1,897 bases of DNA from Naegleria gruberi (Eukaryota), in NCBI GenBank assembly GCA_000004985.1, contig GG739309.1; one strand, written 5' to 3'. Numbering within the stretch: position 1 is the first letter of the stretch; every line of letters starts with the position of its first letter. This document shows positions 1-1,897 of this stretch, piece after piece. Under the pieces are notes generated by a model. The model was not told the DNA's origin, searched no databases, and saw nothing but the letters and a program-made list of their open reading frames with translations. A program made the translations under genes and the position numbers.

Positions 1-14
1 TAAATTAAATTAAA

Positions 15-26
15 GTATACATACAA
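15..26 (-). terminator. Possible 3'-end formation element (TTGTATGTATAC; UAUGUA-type efficiency element) about 105 nt downstream of the 129-434 stop. Alternatively a GTATGT splice donor.
   Basis: The minus-strand sequence downstream of the stop is A-rich and ends ...AATGGTACTTGTATGTATACTTTAATTTAATTTA. The TATGTA/TGTATGTATA motif resembles fungal polyadenylation efficiency elements. No AATAAA is present. This is motif-level evidence only. Confidence 0.2.
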
Positions 27-128
27 GTACCATTTAAAATATTTGCATCATGATTTTTAACTTTTTCTTTAATTTTTTTACGTTGTTCTCTTTTCATTTC
101 AACTTGTTCTTCTTTTGTAATTTTTCTT

Positions 129-434
129 TTAAAAACTAAAGACTGATAATATTAAATTTGATAATTTAGGATTTGTTAATAAATATGAATGAAATGATAA
201 TTTTTCTAATACTTTAGATGCTATTTCTATTTCTTCTTCTGTTAATAAATCTTCTAATTTAATTTCTTTTTTATTATTATTATTATCAATACTATTATTA
301 TCTAATGTATTGTTATTGTTATCAATATTATTATCCAATGTATTATCATCCGATGATGATTGTTGTACATTATCATTGGATGGATGATGAATTGCATCAC
401 CATCATCAATAGTCTCCGATGGTGAAGAAGACAT
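129..434 (-). CDS. Hypothetical small Asn/Asp/Ser-rich low-complexity protein, 101 aa (MSSSPSETIDDGDAIHH...NNNNKKEIKLEDLLTEEEIEIASKVLEKL...SVFSF*). No recognisable domain.
   Basis: Authentic ATG at 432-434 (rc of CAT) and TAA stop at 129-131. An A-run precedes the ATG (minus-strand GAAAAAAAATGTCTTCT), the typical start context of AT-rich lower eukaryotes, with TCT as second codon. Codon choice is consistent: TTA 11 vs TTG 1, GAT only, GAA, CAA, CCA, GGT. The sense strand is purine/A-rich. The C-terminal 25 residues (SFHSYLLTNPKLSNLILSVFSF) are compositionally different and could be intronic or UTR if the gene is spliced (see findings). Confidence 0.55.
   Translation of the reverse strand: MSSSPSETIDDGDAIHHPSNDNVQQSSSDDNTLDNNIDNNNNTLDNNSIDNNNNKKEIKLEDLLTEEEIEIASKVLEKLSFHSYLLTNPKLSNLILSVFSF
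273..284 (-). repeat. Perfect (AAT)4 / (ATT)4 trinucleotide microsatellite inside the CDS, encoding NNNN. It sits within a longer imperfect AAT/GAT-rich tract (about 270-350).
   Basis: The + strand reads att att att att at 273-284, flanked by tttttt and atc. On the minus strand this is GAT AAT AAT AAT AAT AAA AAA GAA, i.e. DNNNNKKE. The surrounding region has an imperfect tandem duplication encoding NTLDNNIDNNNN / NTLDNNSIDNNNN. Confidence 0.6.
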
Positions 435-560
435 TTTTTTTCAAAGTGCAATAATTAAATTGAATTTACATACAATATTATAATATTGATATTAATAATA
501 TTTCTTCTTCTTTCAATTAGATAATTCGATGGAATGATATCTATCATAAAGATAGAGTTT
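435..560 (-). promoter_or_regulatory. Putative 5' UTR and core promoter of the 129-434 gene: A8 leader, TATA-like TATTATAATATT, and a GATA-core-rich hairpin further upstream.
   Basis: tttttttt at 435-442 is A8 immediately 5' of the ATG on the sense strand. TATTATAATATT lies at about 476-487, roughly 45-55 nt upstream of the ATG. At about 536-557, gatatctatcataaagatagag contains a 6-bp inverted repeat tctatc/gataga and 3-4 GATA/TATC cores. This is positional inference only. Confidence 0.3.
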
Positions 561-660
561 ATTGGTTAGGAGTGTTTTCTTCAAATAAGTCATATGATTC
601 ACTTCTGATTGTGCATCTTGTTCCCTCTCGCTCAAGTCGAATTCGATTACATTGTCAGTG

Positions 661-831
661 TTAACTTGTTTTCTTGTTTGGGAATTGGTTGAAGAACTTG
701 ATTTCTTTGTTGATTGTTTCTTTGCTTTGAATTGAACTAAACTTTGAATTGTTGTGTGAAGTTTGTTTCAGTTCTGCCTCCAATTTTCTGCTCAATTCTT
801 CCAAGTCTGTTTCTGATTTCTTAGGTTTCAT
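661..831 (-). CDS. Questionable small ORF, 56 aa from the first ATG (MKPKKSETDLEELSRKLEAELKQTSHNNSKFSSIQSKETINKEIKFFNQFPNKKTS*). K/E-rich and possibly helical. It may be spurious or a fragment of a decayed gene.
   Basis: The track ORF 661..891 starts at a TTG, and the first real ATG is at 829-831. Codon usage (TTG, AAG, TTC, ATC, AAC, AGC, CTG) differs from the 129-434 gene. A 9-mer ctttgaattg is repeated at 725-734 and 741-750. The upstream open frame extends to 927 without an ATG and overlaps, out of frame, the ORF ending at 821. Confidence 0.2.
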   Translation of the reverse strand: MKPKKSETDLEELSRKLEAELKQTSHNNSKFSSIQSKETINKEIKFFNQFPNKKTS

Positions 832-1012
832 AATTCCACAAGTCTTCAAGAACTTGTCTTTGTGTAATATGATTTTTGAGAATTCTAACAATTTTGCTGA
901 TTGAAAACCTTGTTGTGCAGATGATTCCTAAGCAGATTTTGTTAATTTCTGGTTCTTGGTTTTGAATACAACTGGCCAATATCAGTCCATTAGACCATCC
1001 GCGTATCAAGAT
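821..1012 (-). pseudogene. Stop-to-stop open frame with no in-frame ATG (LIRGWSNGLILASCIQNQEPEINKICLGIICTTRFSISKIVRILKNHITQRQVLEDLWNYET*). Possibly a remnant of a frameshifted gene continuing into 661-927, or non-coding.
   Basis: The ORF-track 'M' is a TTG at 1007-1009. I checked the frame codon by codon and found no ATG. Codons CGC, GGA, CTG, GCC, AGG, CTC and TGC are atypical next to the neighbouring gene. It overlaps the 661-927 frame by about 105 nt in a different frame, as a single-base indel would produce. Confidence 0.15.
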
Positions 1013-1871
1013 CTAATCATCTCATGTACTTACACTAATTGGTATTTACCACATGTAAGTTTACAACACGGTATTTATGTGATAGAATGATGATTAAAAA
1101 ATAGTACAAAGTTTTGCACTCAACATACTTCTGTTCTGTAAAACCGATTAAAATAAGATAGCTATCATTTCCACTAACTACTCACATAGATATTGGTTAT
1201 GTTTCAAAAAGAGTTATACTTACACTATCTTACTGATTTTGCTTCGAAAATCCCGCCAAAATCAATAGCGTAAAAATTGACAGTATATTCATATCTCTCC
1301 GATTTTAACAAAAATAACCTGTTGTACTACATATAGAGTGTATCTTTAACAAATTTTACGAACATAATTGGAAAATTATATGGTTATTTATACAATACCT
1401 GGAAAGATATGTACGTAACCTTGTTGCCAACTCGGAGTCTAAGATTACTAAACTGTTACATTTTCAAATTGCGTATATGATCAACATATTCCTATTTGAT
1501 CAAAATCGATGGAGAACAAACGTATTTGATTCAACAATTTACTTGTATTGAAACACAACCTTTCTTGTTGCAATGAGATTTACTTTCTGTATAAAATTGT
1601 TGCAACACCAGGCAATCCCACTTCTTTTCTTACCATACTTTCTTTGTGTATCATAGGTTGCACGATATTTAGTTCTCATCAAGTAAACAATAGCAATAGA
1701 TGAAGCAAGGAAATCTTCATAAGATTATTATAAAGAGTATCAGATAAGAAGATTCTGGTTTGTTGCGTTATGTTTCGCTTTTGATTATTGTTTTTGTTTT
1801 CGTGCATTAAGATACTGTAATATAACAATCTTCGGTGAGTGTTTACAATTACAGCTTGTTATTACCGTCGA

Positions 1872-1897
1872 ATGAATAAGCTGTCAGGCAGCGTATT
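1872..1897 (+). CDS. Possible 5' end of a + strand gene running off the window (ATG AAT AAG CTG TCA GGC AGC GTA..., MNKLSGSV...).
   Basis: The ATG at 1872-1874 lies in a frame open from the TAA at 1818-1820 to the window end. GC content rises locally at the 3' edge. TATAAAG lies at 1730-1736, about 140 bp upstream. Only 8 codons are visible, so this is very weak. Confidence 0.12.

Noticed and set aside
95-97. ATG at 95-97 (minus) opening MKREQRKKIKEKVKNHDANILNG... followed by GTATGT, which could look like a separate yeast-style 5'-intron-containing gene
   Set aside because: It starts only about 32 nt after the stop of the 129-434 gene, leaving no room for a terminator and promoter. It is more likely 3' UTR, or exon 2 of the same gene.
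627-650. tRNA B-box-like strings (gtcgaattcgatt here, and cttcgaaaatccc at 1242-1254)
   Set aside because: No matching A box or cloverleaf at the correct spacing. GGTTCGAATCC is not matched, and there is an extra A in the second.
1022-1058. a1-alpha2 / alpha2-Mcm1 operator-like TCATGT ... ACATGTAAG half sites
   Set aside because: The half-site spacing is far larger than the 20-31 bp operators, and there is no central P-box.
1070-1080. ARS consensus-like ATTTATGTGAT (9/11 to WTTTAYRTTTW), and GGTTATGTTTC at 1196-1206
   Set aside because: These are imperfect matches, and such 9/11 hits are expected by chance in AT-rich DNA. I could not assess any B elements.
1087-1236. Box C-like ATGATGA (1087-1093) and box D-like CTGA (1233-1236) suggesting a C/D snoRNA
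   Set aside because: They are about 147 nt apart with no terminal stem complementarity (gataga vs ttttgc) and no recognisable guide, C' or D' arrangement.
1240-1260. Point-centromere CDEIII-like ttcgaaaa, and CDEI-like cacatgt at 1050-1056
   Set aside because: The TTCCGAA core is not matched (one C missing). No 78-86 bp >90% AT CDEII lies between the elements, and the spacing and orientation are wrong.
1560-1600. Resemblance to a Ty3 sigma LTR start (TGTTG...ATGAGAT), and a delta-like CTAACTA at 1174-1180
   Set aside because: Only 7-8 nt runs match from memory. There are no TG...CA termini or target-site duplication. I cannot align without tools.
1-1897. Prokaryotic features (CRISPR repeats, RBS/operon structure, rho-independent terminators)
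   Set aside because: Composition, the poly-Asn protein, the A-rich ATG context and the sparse ORF structure indicate a eukaryote. The single short A/T run at 435-442 is not a regular repeat-spacer architecture, and nothing else resembles one.

Overview
This is AT-rich eukaryotic-looking DNA with no prokaryotic signatures. There is one well-supported gene and a long ORF-poor stretch.

The supported gene is a 101-aa Asn/Asp/Ser-rich low-complexity protein on the minus strand (434→129). It has a real ATG and an A-run start context (AAAAAAAATGTCT). Its codon usage (TTA, AAT, GAT, CAA, CCA, GGT) fits Dictyostelium or an AT-rich budding yeast.

From about 560 to 1897 the composition shifts to roughly 33–38% GC. 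The six-frame track gives only two TTG-initiated, overlapping, out-of-frame minus-strand ORFs there (661–1009). Nothing of ≥60 aa appears in 1010–1897. That stretch does carry:
- a cluster of four TTGTTGC(AA) heptamers
- several short direct repeats
- TATA-like elements
- a possible + strand gene start at 1872 that runs off the window.

I see no rRNA, tRNA, CRISPR array or recognisable transposon terminus. The organism assignment and all functional calls are inference from composition, codon usage and motif resemblance. No database search or alignment was possible.
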